DNA from: a bacterium
GTDB lineage: Bacteria > UBA8248
DNA length: 64,000 nt
Assembly (NCBI GenBank): GCA_965207065.1
Contig: OZ242260.1
Coordinates: forward strand, 2,144,001-2,208,000
Direction of reading: 5' to 3'
Below are positions 49,467 to 59,374 of this stretch, piece by piece (position 1 is the first letter of the stretch; each line of letters opens with the position of its first letter). The position numbers and the translations under genes are program-made. Under the pieces are notes generated by a model. It made no database searches and had not been told where the DNA came from. It worked only from the letters and a program-made list of their open reading frames with translations.

Positions 49467-50573
49467 TTACAATCTATCCATCACGTAGCGGACGCACTCG
49501 AAATGGCGGGGCGCATCGCTTGGTGTGAAATCTGGCGCATTCAAGGCCCATAACGGCACGACGCTTTCGTGGACTGAGCCGTGACTTCTCAAGTGAACCT
49601 CGCGCTCGGCCTCATCCATCACGCCGAAAACGGTCTCAGAATCCGCCAGCACCATGATGTCGCCCACCCGCTCGGCCATTAGCTGAAAGCGCGCGGCGGC
49701 CTCATGCCGCGAAAGCGCATCGTCAATGCCAGGGCGTGCTTTGAGGATATCGATAGCCTCGGCGAGAGTATCCTCGTTTTGCAGGTGAACGTAGGCGGCG
49801 CCTCCCTGGTTCCCGTGGTGGACGACGTAGCGGTCCTTGATGATGGGTACTGCCTCCGCAGTTTGTCCGCGGTTTCTCAAGATGACACCCGGGTCCAACG
49901 CCCGCCTCTTGTCAAGCATACCGTGGTCGGCCGTGATGAAGACCGCGCCATCTTGGTGTGTGCGTATCCAGCTATCGACCAGCTTGCCGATTTCCGCATC
50001 GAGCGCGGCGTGGTGCGCTTGCGCTTCTGTGTGCTCTGGGCCGTATTTGTGCTGCAGGTAATCCGTGGTGGTGACGTAGAGGAGGTCCGGCTTTTGCGCT
50101 TCCAGCACCGCGCGCGCCGCCCGCAGGAGCCATAGGTTCACGGCGCCGCTGTAGATATCCTCCTTTGCGCCTGCTATTCGGGTGAGCCAATCCGGCGGGT
50201 CTTCTGCGGTGACGACCGTGCCCGCCCCCTTGCCGATCATGTCGCAGAGTTTTTGTTTGGAGGCCAGGACGGCGGTCTTAAGCCCCGCACCACGGCCCAT
50301 CTCCATGAGGGTGGGCGCGAGAACGAATCCCCCCGATTCCATGTAGACTTCTTCGCCCGTGTCAGTGTTCAGGAAATAGTTGGCCGTAATGCCGTGCGCG
50401 GCGGGGGGCGCGCCGCAGATCATCGAGACGTTGTTCACGTTGGTGACCGAAGGCATCTGGCACGAAACGGTGAATCGCGCGCCTTCGCTCGCGATTCTAT
50501 CGAGATTCGGCGTGGGGGATGCCTCGAAATAGTCGGGGTCGCCGCCGTCTATGAGGATGATGAGGGCGCGCAT
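49467..50573 (-). CDS. phnA: Phosphonoacetate hydrolase-like alkaline phosphatase superfamily protein
   Basis: IDG, MPSVTNVNN, TTDYLQHK, TADHGM, LRSHG. Confidence 0.8.
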   Translation of the reverse strand: MRALIILIDGGDPDYFEASPTPNLDRIASEGARFTVSCQMPSVTNVNNVSMICGAPPAAHGITANYFLNTDTGEEVYMESGGFVLAPTLMEMGRGAGLKTAVLASKQKLCDMIGKGAGTVVTAEDPPDWLTRIAGAKEDIYSGAVNLWLLRAARAVLEAQKPDLLYVTTTDYLQHKYGPEHTEAQAHHAALDAEIGKLVDSWIRTHQDGAVFITADHGMLDKRRALDPGVILRNRGQTAEAVPIIKDRYVVHHGNQGGAAYVHLQNEDTLAEAIDILKARPGIDDALSRHEAAARFQLMAERVGDIMVLADSETVFGVMDEAEREVHLRSHGSVHESVVPLWALNAPDFTPSDAPRHFECVRYVMDRL

Positions 50574-50594
50574 TCTGGATTGGCGGCCCGGAAT

Positions 50595-51875
50595 TCAGCC
50601 CAAACGCCTTAAAGCCTTGGCGCCGATGTCTTTTCTCAAATACGCGTCTTCCCAGTAAATCAGGTCGCTCGCCTCGTACGCGCGCGCGATGGCGGCGCGG
50701 ATGTCCATTCCCCTCGCGGTGACGCCGAGCACGCGGCCTCCGGCGGTTACTATAGCGTCTTCGTCGTTCAGGGCCGTCCCGGCGTGGAAGACGTGAACGC
50801 CGGGCATGGCGTCGGCGTCCTCGATCCCGTGAATCGTATCGCCTTTGCGGTAGGCGTCCGGGTAGCCGCCCGCCGCCATGACGACGCAGACGGCGGCGTC
50901 TTGTGAATAGCGTATCGTCGTCTCATGCAGCCGCCCCTCGACGCACGCCATGAGGATGGGCAGCAGATCCCCCTCCATTCGGGTGAGCAACGGCTGGCAT
51001 TCGGGGTCGCCGAAGCGGCAGTTGAATTCCAGCACTTTGAGCTCATCACCCTGCACCATGAGGCCGGCGTAGAGAATCCCCTTATAGGGAGTGCCACGCC
51101 TCGCCATGGCGCGGATGGCGGGCTTGATGACGGTTTCGAGCGCGCGTTCCTCTAAAACGCCCGAGAGCACGGGCGCAGGCGAATACGCGCCCATGCCGCC
51201 CGTGTTGGGGCCGGTGTCGCCCTCGCCGATGGCCTTGTGATCCTGCGCGGAGGCCATGGGAAGCGCGGTTTCCCCGTCTGCGAACGCGAGAAAACTCGCC
51301 TCCTCGCCCTCTAAAAATTCCTCCACCACGCATTTGTCGCCCGCCTCGCCGAACGCTCTTTCCTCCATGATTTGGGATATGGCCGCATGCGCGCTCGGGA
51401 CGTCTGGGCAAAGCAGCACACCCTTACCGGCGGCGAGGCCGTCCGCCTTGACCGCCCACGCGCCGCCGCGCTGCAATACGAAATCCTTCGCCGCGCCTGC
51501 GTCTTCGAAAACGCCGTAGGCGGCGGTAGGGATACCCGCCTCGTCCATCAGGGCTTTTGAGAACGCCTTGCTCGCCTCGATGCGGGCGGCTTCGGCCGAT
51601 GGCCCGAACGCCGGGATTCCGAGCGCTTCCAGTTCGTCTACCAGCCCCAGGGCCAAGGGGGCTTCGGGGCCGACGACGACCAGACCCGGTTTTTCCTCTT
51701 TCGCCAGAGAAAGGAGGTTCGCGATGTCCTCGGCGCCGACGGGCGCATTCCGCCCGACACGGGCTGTGCCCGCGTTACCGGGAGCGCAGACGACTTCCTC
51801 CACGTCGGGGCTTTGGCTGAGTTTCCAGGCCAGAGTGTGCTCGCGTCCGCCCCCGCCGATAATGATGACCTTCAT
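50595..51875 (-). CDS. purD: Phosphoribosylamine-glycine ligase
   Basis: GGGGREH, GPEAPL, KADGLAAGKG, GPNTGGMG, RFGDPE. Confidence 0.97.
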   Translation of the reverse strand: MKVIIIGGGGREHTLAWKLSQSPDVEEVVCAPGNAGTARVGRNAPVGAEDIANLLSLAKEEKPGLVVVGPEAPLALGLVDELEALGIPAFGPSAEAARIEASKAFSKALMDEAGIPTAAYGVFEDAGAAKDFVLQRGGAWAVKADGLAAGKGVLLCPDVPSAHAAISQIMEERAFGEAGDKCVVEEFLEGEEASFLAFADGETALPMASAQDHKAIGEGDTGPNTGGMGAYSPAPVLSGVLEERALETVIKPAIRAMARRGTPYKGILYAGLMVQGDELKVLEFNCRFGDPECQPLLTRMEGDLLPILMACVEGRLHETTIRYSQDAAVCVVMAAGGYPDAYRKGDTIHGIEDADAMPGVHVFHAGTALNDEDAIVTAGGRVLGVTARGMDIRAAIARAYEASDLIYWEDAYLRKDIGAKALRRLG

Positions 51876-51951
51876 CGGAAGTTCCCGTTAGTGAGTGGTG
51901 ATGTCCACAACCTAAGGCGGAGCGAAAAAGGTGTCAAACGATCCGGACGCA

Positions 51952-52722
51952 TCAGCTCATATCGCCCAGCGCGTGCTGCACGATGGTGAGGAGCGATACG
52001 GGCGCGGTGTCTGCGCGCAGGATTCTGGGACCCAGAGACACCGGCAGGAAACCGCAATCCATCGCCTCTTTCGCTTCCTCGTCCGTGAGATCGCCCTCAG
52101 GGCCCGTGAGGATGGCGACGCGAAGCGGCGCGCCTGCGCCGGCCTCACCCACGCGAGATAGCGCTTCTTTTGCGGGGATAGCGTCTTCTCCCAGATACCC
52201 CATCAACTTGAGGTCGAAACCATCCGTCTCTGCGAGATATTCCGCCAGCCCGCCTGGTGGATGCGCCGTGGGTGGAGGCACGCGGTCGCACTGCTTGGCG
52301 GCTTCCATGACGATGCGCCGCCAGCGGTTGTGACGATCGGCGCTTCTTTTTTCTTGAATCCTCACTTCGCACCGTTCGAGCGCAAGCGGATGGAAGGCAT
52401 CGGCGCCCAGTTCGCAGCCTTTCTGGAGGACCCACTCGAAGCGCTCCCCTTTGAGCAGGGGGACGCCCAAGGCGATTGATGTGGGAGAGGGCGGTCTCAT
52501 CGGCAGGTGCTCGATGATTCGGGCGGTGCTCTCACCGGCGGTTATTTCCGTTAGCTCCACCTTGTACTCGCGTCCATCCTCAGTCGCGGCGCGGCAGATT
52601 GCGCCCGCCCCCATCTTTAAGACGCGGCGGATGTGCGCGGATTCCTCCGCTCCCAGGATGACCTGCTCGCCCTTAACCGCGTCCGGGGGAACGTAGAAAA
52701 GCCGCAGTCCGTCGCGCGTCAT
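51952..52722 (-). CDS. rsmE: 16S rRNA m3U1498 methyltransferase
   Basis: H..RVL, EAAKQC, GPEG, LGPRILRADTA. Confidence 0.93.
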   Translation of the reverse strand: MTRDGLRLFYVPPDAVKGEQVILGAEESAHIRRVLKMGAGAICRAATEDGREYKVELTEITAGESTARIIEHLPMRPPSPTSIALGVPLLKGERFEWVLQKGCELGADAFHPLALERCEVRIQEKRSADRHNRWRRIVMEAAKQCDRVPPPTAHPPGGLAEYLAETDGFDLKLMGYLGEDAIPAKEALSRVGEAGAGAPLRVAILTGPEGDLTDEEAKEAMDCGFLPVSLGPRILRADTAPVSLLTIVQHALGDMS

Positions 52723-53597
52723 GGCTTCGCCACCTCGACGCTGGACCATTCCTCGATTCGGTTCGTTCTCTCGAGGGTGAAACCGGCCTCTTTATAGATA
52801 CGAGCGAGAGTCTCAACCTGCTCGTAGCCGATGCCGGAGAGAACGGCCCGGCCCCCCGGGGCGAGCGCCCCGTGAACCAGCGGCGCGAGTTCCCTGAGGG
52901 CGTCCAGGAAGATGTTCGCCGCGATGAAATCGACCCGGCCCCACCAGTCTTTGAGTGCGCCTGCCGAAAGCGTGGTGCCCAGCGTCGTCATGCGGTCACC
53001 CACCCCGTTTCGCTCCGCAAGCGTTTTGGTCTCCTCCACGGCCTTGGGGTCCAGGTCGAGCGCGACGACGTGTTCTGCGCCATGGAGGAGGGCGGCGACG
53101 CCCAGGATGCCGGTGCCGGATCCTAAGTCCACCATGCGCCCGGGGGGTTTTCTGCCGCATTGGCTCTCAATCGCGAGCAGTACCAGGCGGGTGGAGGGGT
53201 GCCTGCCGGTGCCGAAGGCGAGGCCTGGTTCGAGCGTCAACGCAACGCGCCCCTCGGGCGTCCCGCCTTCATCCCAGGGGGGCTTCACCCAGAGTTTCTC
53301 GCCGTAGGCTTCGCCCTTGAAATGACCGCGCGACTGGGCGATCCAGTCCTGATCCTCGATGTTCCTGAGGGTGATGGCGCTCTTCTCGACGCCCAGTGTG
53401 GCGAGGAGCGCCTCTATCGCGCGGAGTTTTCCGGTCGCGCCGTCTTCAAGAGCGATGTGCGTGATGAGCAGCGATGCGCCCTCCTCACCTTCTCGCTCCT
53501 CAACGGCGGACGCGCCCACATCCAGTATGCGGGCGGCGGTGTCTTCGGCCAGAGCCTCACGAACCTCGATGATGAGTTCGAGCCATTTTTTCGTCAC
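52719..53597 (-). CDS. prmA: Ribosomal protein L11 methyltransferase
   Basis: PGLAFGTGRHPST, DLGSGTGIL, ANI, LSGI. Confidence 0.93.
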   Translation of the reverse strand: MTKKWLELIIEVREALAEDTAARILDVGASAVEEREGEEGASLLITHIALEDGATGKLRAIEALLATLGVEKSAITLRNIEDQDWIAQSRGHFKGEAYGEKLWVKPPWDEGGTPEGRVALTLEPGLAFGTGRHPSTRLVLLAIESQCGRKPPGRMVDLGSGTGILGVAALLHGAEHVVALDLDPKAVEETKTLAERNGVGDRMTTLGTTLSAGALKDWWGRVDFIAANIFLDALRELAPLVHGALAPGGRAVLSGIGYEQVETLARIYKEAGFTLERTNRIEEWSSVEVAKP

Positions 53598-53610
53598 AGG
53601 CTCTCGCGTT

Positions 53611-54696
53611 TTACTCCGGCAGCCGAACCACGGCCGAGCCCGCCGTCGCCAGTTCGCCTTCCTGGTTCGTTCCGGTGATCTCGACCTTCACGGTGCGCTC
53701 GGCGTCGTTTTTCTCGACCACCTCCCCCTTGTGCCAGATGGTGTCGCCGTAGATCATGGGGCGGCGCACCTGGACGTAGAGGTTCTTCAGGAACGCGTCG
53801 TCCCCCATCCAGTTCGTGATGTAGGGGCTCACCCATGCGAAGCGCATGACGCCGTTGTCGAAAGGCCCGGGCATCCCGCGCCCCGAGGCGAGGTTGAAGT
53901 CCTCGTGCTGCTGGGAGTTTTTGACCTTGATCCCGATCTGGGGGATCAGGACGGCGTTGTGCGGCGCTTTCTTGAGGTCGAGATATCCGCGCCTGCCTGC
54001 CTTGTAGGAGGGCCCGTTGCCTGCGTTCCAGGCCACCATGTCGCCGATGGTGAGGGGGCCGCGGAGCATGGACGGGAGTTCATCGCCGACGGACACGTCC
54101 GCGAAGCGGCGCTTCTCGCCCCCCTGTCTTTCTTCCGCTTGATAGGCGTTTTCGATTTCTGTGAATTCCGCCTCCTCGTACTTCTTGACGGGCCTCTCGT
54201 AGAGGAGCGTGTTTCCCTCCTGTAAGGTGCGGATCATCGTGCCGGTGCCCCTGGCGACGACTTCATCCGCCTCGTTCCAGTAGGTGCATTCCGAGATGAT
54301 GAAGATGAGCTGGCGGCCCGCCTTGTTCGTCTTGACGAAGGAATCCTTCTGGACCGACTCCGCGCGCAGTTTGGTTCCCTGGGGGATGGGTTTTTCCCAC
54401 TCGAATTCCACGCCGCCGATTAGGGAGGAGAGGGGCACTTCCATGGGCGCTCCGTGGAGGATCGGGTAAAGGACCGACACCAGAAACGCGGGCGGCGCCA
54501 TGATGTTCCCGTGTGAGGAGCCGGATGCGTATCCGGCGTCCAGCCAGAGCGGGTTGTCGTCGTCGATGCCGTATGCGAAGTGGCGGATGGCGTCGGCGCT
54601 CGCCTCGTTGTTCCATGCCTCGCGCTCGCGCACGGGCCGGCCGTTCAGTGCTTGTGTCTTCTCGATGAACTCATCGATGTGCGCTTGATTCGACAA
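53611..54696 (-). CDS. Tandem MaoC/FAS1-like double hotdog dehydratase
   Basis: DAIRHFAYGIDDDNPLW...APPAF; second half with GMPGPFDNG, YGDT, NQEG. Confidence 0.8.
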   Translation of the reverse strand: MSNQAHIDEFIEKTQALNGRPVREREAWNNEASADAIRHFAYGIDDDNPLWLDAGYASGSSHGNIMAPPAFLVSVLYPILHGAPMEVPLSSLIGGVEFEWEKPIPQGTKLRAESVQKDSFVKTNKAGRQLIFIISECTYWNEADEVVARGTGTMIRTLQEGNTLLYERPVKKYEEAEFTEIENAYQAEERQGGEKRRFADVSVGDELPSMLRGPLTIGDMVAWNAGNGPSYKAGRRGYLDLKKAPHNAVLIPQIGIKVKNSQQHEDFNLASGRGMPGPFDNGVMRFAWVSPYITNWMGDDAFLKNLYVQVRRPMIYGDTIWHKGEVVEKNDAERTVKVEITGTNQEGELATAGSAVVRLPE

Positions 54697-54804
54697 TGTT
54701 GGATGCTCCTGTGTCTGTTGTTCGTGGAAGTATCGGCTGGTGTATGTTTTCGGAAAAGTTATGTAGCAGGAAAAGCCGGGCGCAACAAGGCGGCCCGCGC
54801 CACC

Positions 54805-55890
54805 TCATTCGAGAAGGGATTTCATTTTATCGAGAAACGTCCGGGTTCGTGGATGGGTGGACGGCGAGGAGATTCTCTGGAACTCGGCCAGAATCTCGCG
54901 CTGGCGCTCGCTGAGCTTGGTGGGCGTTTCGATGATCACGCGGACCTGCATATCGCCCGCGCCCCGTCCCCCTGCAGGCGAGAGGCCCTCTCCTTTCAGG
55001 CGAAAGACCCGGCCCGACTGGGTTCCAGCGGGAATCTTGATACTCCGCGCGCCCTTGAGGGTGGGCGTGAGGGCCTCGTGGCCGAGGGCGGCCTGGGAGA
55101 TGCTCACCGGCAGATCGAAGAGAATGTCGTTGCCCTCTCTTCGGAACAGGGGGTGGGGTTTCGCGCGCACCGTGACGATGAGGTTTCCCGCCTCGCCCGA
55201 TCGCGCGTCCTCATCGCCCTTGCCCCTGATCTTGATCTGAGCGCCCTCTTTGGTCGCGGCGGGAATCGCCACCCCCAGATTCTCCCGGCTGCTCGTGACG
55301 CCTTCTCCCCCGCAGTCCCGGCACGCGAGACCTGTGTGTTCGCCGCTGCCGTCGCAAGCGGAGCAGGGAATGCGCAGCTCCGCGAGGCCCTGTTTGTAGC
55401 GCACCTCGCCCGCGCCCTTGCACGCCGGGCAGGCGCTCATCCGCGCGCCCGCCTCAGCGCCGCGCCCCGCGCATGAGGCGCAGCGAACGCGGCGTGATAA
55501 GGCGATCTCTTTTTCGGTGTCTCGCGTCAATTCCTCGAGCGTCACCTCGACGTGGGCGTGCAAGTCCCGAGACGCGACTTTTTTCTCATCCACAGGTTCG
55601 CGCGCGTTCTTGAAAATATGGGAGAAGATGTCTTCCCATTTTTCCTCGTACTCGCCTCTTTTACGCGAAGATTTCCGCGCGCGAGACGCCCCGCGAAGGT
55701 CCGAGCGTTTCGGGTTTTGGAGGACTTCGTGGGCGATGACGACCTGCTTGAAGCGTTTTTCGGCGTCGGGGTCGCCCGGGTTTCTGTCCGGATGGAATTC
55801 CAGCGCCAGCTTCTTGTAGGCGCTTTTGAGTTGGGAGGAAGAGGGGTTTTTGTCCAGTCCCAGAATCTTGAGAGCGTCGGCGACCTTCAA
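54805..55890 (-). CDS. dnaJ: DnaJ chaperone
   Basis: J domain HPD, four CxxCxGxG repeats, C-terminal IPAGTQSG. Confidence 0.88.
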   Translation of the reverse strand: MKVADALKILGLDKNPSSSQLKSAYKKLALEFHPDRNPGDPDAEKRFKQVVIAHEVLQNPKRSDLRGASRARKSSRKRGEYEEKWEDIFSHIFKNAREPVDEKKVASRDLHAHVEVTLEELTRDTEKEIALSRRVRCASCAGRGAEAGARMSACPACKGAGEVRYKQGLAELRIPCSACDGSGEHTGLACRDCGGEGVTSSRENLGVAIPAATKEGAQIKIRGKGDEDARSGEAGNLIVTVRAKPHPLFRREGNDILFDLPVSISQAALGHEALTPTLKGARSIKIPAGTQSGRVFRLKGEGLSPAGGRGAGDMQVRVIIETPTKLSERQREILAEFQRISSPSTHPRTRTFLDKMKSLLE

Positions 55891-55939
55891 GGAATCATGA
55901 CCTCCGCCGGGGAGCCGGGGATGAAAGCGTTGTTATCGC

Positions 55940-56992
55940 CTATCGCTTACCGGAGGAGAGGAATTTCGACACCGAATCCGCCGTCCATTCCACAAGCGAG
56001 ACGGCGCGATCGTAGCGCATGCGCTTGGGGCCGATGATGCCGATGCTGCCCAGCGGGCGGTCGTCCATATAGTAGCGCTGGGCGACGACGCTGCAATCCT
56101 TCATCTCCTCGAAATCGTTTTCCGAACCGATGAGTATGGTGATGTCCTCGGAGCCGAGGCACTTGTCCAGCAGGCGCACGAGCTTCTCCCGCTCCTCGAA
56201 CGTGCGGTAGAGGGTCTGGAGTTTCTCGGCGTTGGTGGCGAAGTCCGGCTGTGAGAACACGCGTGAGGCCCCTTCCACGAAGAGGGATTCCTGCACGGCT
56301 TCGTTCTCCGAGAGCGCATCGTTGCTGAGCTTGAGGGCCTGCTGATAGAGGGTGTCGAGGTTGTCCCGCGCAAGGGACATCTTCTGGATGATCTTCTCGC
56401 GCACTTCTTTAAGAGCGAGGCCGCTGAACTCATCGTTCAGCATGTTTGAGATTCGGTTCAACTCGTCCTGGCTCACGGGAGTCTCCATCGGGATGACGCG
56501 GTTTTGCACCACCCCGCTCATCGAGACGATGACGGCCAGTGTTTTTTCCTCCGACATCTTCACGAAGTTGATGTGCTTGAAGTGGAGCTGCTCCCCCGCG
56601 GGCAGGAGCACGAGCCCCGCCGTGTTGGTGAGTTCCGAGAGCACGCGCGTGGCCTGCGCGAGCACCTGTTCGATTTGAGCGGCCTGCGCGGAAGCGTCCA
56701 GGCGCATGGATTCCTGCTCCTCGCTCGTGAGGGTATGGGAATCCATCAGGTCGTCGACGAAGATGCGATACCCCAGGTCGGTGGGGAGCCTGCCGGAGGA
56801 GATGTGGGGTTTGGTGAGGAAGCCCGCATCGGCCAGATCGCTCATGATGTTGCGGATGGTGGCGGGGCTCAGGGCGAGGTCCGAATGTTTCGAGAGCGTG
56901 CGGCTCCCCACGGGTTCGCCCGTATCCACGAAAATGTTGATGATGGCGCGCAGGATTTCGCGATTTCTCTGGGCAAGTTCCAGGGCGTCCAT
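55940..56992 (-). CDS. hrcA: Heat-inducible transcription repressor HrcA
   Basis: EPVGSRTL, SPATIRN.M, PH.SSGR.PT..GYR, GIIGPKRMRY. Confidence 0.96.
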   Translation of the reverse strand: MDALELAQRNREILRAIINIFVDTGEPVGSRTLSKHSDLALSPATIRNIMSDLADAGFLTKPHISSGRLPTDLGYRIFVDDLMDSHTLTSEEQESMRLDASAQAAQIEQVLAQATRVLSELTNTAGLVLLPAGEQLHFKHINFVKMSEEKTLAVIVSMSGVVQNRVIPMETPVSQDELNRISNMLNDEFSGLALKEVREKIIQKMSLARDNLDTLYQQALKLSNDALSENEAVQESLFVEGASRVFSQPDFATNAEKLQTLYRTFEEREKLVRLLDKCLGSEDITILIGSENDFEEMKDCSVVAQRYYMDDRPLGSIGIIGPKRMRYDRAVSLVEWTADSVSKFLSSGKR

Positions 56993-57036
56993 ATCGCGAG
57001 TCTCCCGGCGCGGCGTCTTCGTCGCTGAATTTCGGT

Positions 57037-57063
57037 GTGGCACTCCGGCGTATGGAGTGCTAA
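57037..57063 (-). promoter_or_regulatory. CIRCE operator (HrcA binding site)
   Basis: Minus strand TTAGCACTC-N9-GAGTGCCAC upstream of hrcA. Confidence 0.92.
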
Positions 57064-57070
57064 TTTATGC

Positions 57071-57099
57071 AAGATATGGAGAGATTTTCCCCCTGTCAA
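57071..57099 (-). promoter_or_regulatory. Sigma70-type promoter of hrcA
   Basis: Minus strand TTGACA-17 nt-TATCTT immediately upstream of CIRCE. Confidence 0.75.
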
Positions 57100-57145
57100 G
57101 CGGGTGATGCCTGGGGCAGGGGTAGTATTTTACCGAGGTAAGCCG

Positions 57146-59374
57146 ATGTCGAACGCATGGACGAGAGCCTTACGGACGATATTCAGGCGATTGCCAGGGC
57201 GGCCTCCGCCGCCGCGCTCAGGGCCTGTGCATGAAGCCGGGGGTTCGGCGCGCTCGCGCATCGCCCAGTCGCGCCGGGCGAACCGGAAGTTCCAGTACTG
57301 CACGATAGGCGCTACGTTCGTTCTGATAGTGGTATTGAGTTTTCTCTCTTACCGGATCTACGTGGACACCAAGGTCGAGATAGAGGAAAGATCCAACCGC
57401 CGGCAACTCCTTCTCGTGGAGCAGGCCGGCGACCGGATCGCCTCCTTCCTCGAGGCGCTCACGGCGACTTTGCGCTACAGCGCGGGGTTTCTGCGCACCA
57501 TCGAACCCGATCATCCAGGGCGTATGGCGGTGATGATGGGACTCTACGAAAGGCTGGGCGGGAGGTTTCGCGTGAGCGAGTTGGGCTACCTGCAGGGCGG
57601 CCACGCGCCGGGCGACGCGATACCGAAGGAATACCTTGAAAAACTGGCGAACTGCCCCTTGTCGCAAGGCGCCTGTATTCTCGTAATTCGGGACGAAGCC
57701 AAAAAGGTTGCCTCCTTGTTCGCGGCGGTGCCCGTGGAGCATAAAGAGGATGGAACTGAAGGGGGAGAAGCGCAGCGAAAGCGCGACTGGCTCTACGCGC
57801 GAATTTCCATGGCGGACCTGGTGCGCGCTTTCGTCGAACCCGTTCAATCAGGAGGCCGCGAGCGGGCTTGGCTCGTGGACGCGGAGGGGAGAATTATCCT
57901 CCCTCCGGGGATTCCCCGGCTGGAGGGCGTAAAATTGTCCACCCTTGCGCTTGAACTGGGGGATGGGAGACTCGAAAAACTCGCCGGGCGCATGCAGAAA
58001 GAAGTGAATGGTTTCGATTGGCACCTCGACCTCAGGCCTGCGAAAAAAGAAAAACGCTTGCGATACCTGACGGCTTTCAGCAACTTCCCGGTCGGGGAGG
58101 AGAAATGGACTTTCGCCCTCACGGCGCCCTCCACCGAGTTCGTCGGCTTGATCGGACGCTTGTTCCGAAAAGGTCTGCTCCTGACGGCTTTCGGGTTCGT
58201 CGCCCTGGTTCTGGCCGCTCTCTTGATACTCGACCGCGAGCGCAGACGCATACGGGCCGAGGACAGAATCCACTGGTCCGAGCAGGTGCTGGAGAGCAAC
58301 AGGCGTCTCCAGGCGCTGTTCGACGGTATCACGGACGCCATCGGCATTCTGGACAAGGACTTCCGCATCCGGATGCTCAACCGCTCGATGGGCAGGCTCT
58401 TCGGACGCGATGTATCCGATTTGCTGGATCAGAAATGGGAGGATTCGCCGCTCACCACAGTGCCGGAGTCTTTCGTCGAGCGGTCCCTCGTGATCGAGAC
58501 GTTCGAGACCGGCGAACCGGGATTTTTCGAAAAATCGATAACGTGGGAGGATGGCCGCCGGATGGATATGGAATACTATACCTATCCGATTCTCGACGCC
58601 TCGGGGGCGACGCTCCAGGTGATTTTGTATTTGAAGGACGTGACCGAGCGCAAGGCGCTCGAAAACGAGGTTCTCCAAAGCGAGAGGCTCTCGGTTGTGG
58701 GCAAGATGAGCGAGCAGGTGGCGCATTCCATACGCAATCCGCTCTCGGCCATCAACCTGAACGCGGAATTGCTCGGTGATGAGTTGTCGCAATTCAAGGA
58801 GGCGGACACCTCCGAGGCTTGGACGCTACTCAAATCCGTACGGGCGGAAGTGGATATCCTCAGGCAGGTGACGGCCGATTATCTCAAATTCGTGCGAATG
58901 CCCAGTCTGGAGAGAACGTCTTTAGACTGCAACGAGATGATCGAGGATTTACTGGACCTGCATGCGGAAGTGGCGGCGAGCAGAAAAATCCACATTGAAA
59001 AGCAACTTGAACGGGACATTCCCGAGGTGATCCTGGATGAAACGCAGATGCGCGTCGCGATTCAGAACCTCATCTCGAACGGCTTCGACGCGATGCCCGA
59101 CGGCGGTCGCCTCCTGGTGAAGACCGAACTGGAAAACCAGCATCTCGCCATCCGGATATCGGACAGCGGAGAAGGCATCTGCCACGAGGAGCAGGCTTCG
59201 TTGTTCACGCCGTTTTTCACGACCAAAGTGGACGGAACCGGCCTCGGCCTCGTTTTGAGCCGCCAAATCATCACCGAGCACGGGGGGAGCATCCACTTCG
59301 AGAGCGAGGAGGGGGAGGGCGCCACTTTCATCGTCGAACTCCCGCTCCCGGTTGCGCTGGAGGCGAAGACATGA
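57146..59374 (+). CDS. Membrane sensor histidine kinase with PAS domain
   Basis: Two TM helices, PAS, AHSIRNPL H-box, N box, DSGEG, PFFTTK, GTGLGL. Confidence 0.92.
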   Translation: MSNAWTRALRTIFRRLPGRPPPPRSGPVHEAGGSARSRIAQSRRANRKFQYCTIGATFVLIVVLSFLSYRIYVDTKVEIEERSNRRQLLLVEQAGDRIASFLEALTATLRYSAGFLRTIEPDHPGRMAVMMGLYERLGGRFRVSELGYLQGGHAPGDAIPKEYLEKLANCPLSQGACILVIRDEAKKVASLFAAVPVEHKEDGTEGGEAQRKRDWLYARISMADLVRAFVEPVQSGGRERAWLVDAEGRIILPPGIPRLEGVKLSTLALELGDGRLEKLAGRMQKEVNGFDWHLDLRPAKKEKRLRYLTAFSNFPVGEEKWTFALTAPSTEFVGLIGRLFRKGLLLTAFGFVALVLAALLILDRERRRIRAEDRIHWSEQVLESNRRLQALFDGITDAIGILDKDFRIRMLNRSMGRLFGRDVSDLLDQKWEDSPLTTVPESFVERSLVIETFETGEPGFFEKSITWEDGRRMDMEYYTYPILDASGATLQVILYLKDVTERKALENEVLQSERLSVVGKMSEQVAHSIRNPLSAINLNAELLGDELSQFKEADTSEAWTLLKSVRAEVDILRQVTADYLKFVRMPSLERTSLDCNEMIEDLLDLHAEVAASRKIHIEKQLERDIPEVILDETQMRVAIQNLISNGFDAMPDGGRLLVKTELENQHLAIRISDSGEGICHEEQASLFTPFFTTKVDGTGLGLVLSRQIITEHGGSIHFESEEGEGATFIVELPLPVALEAKT

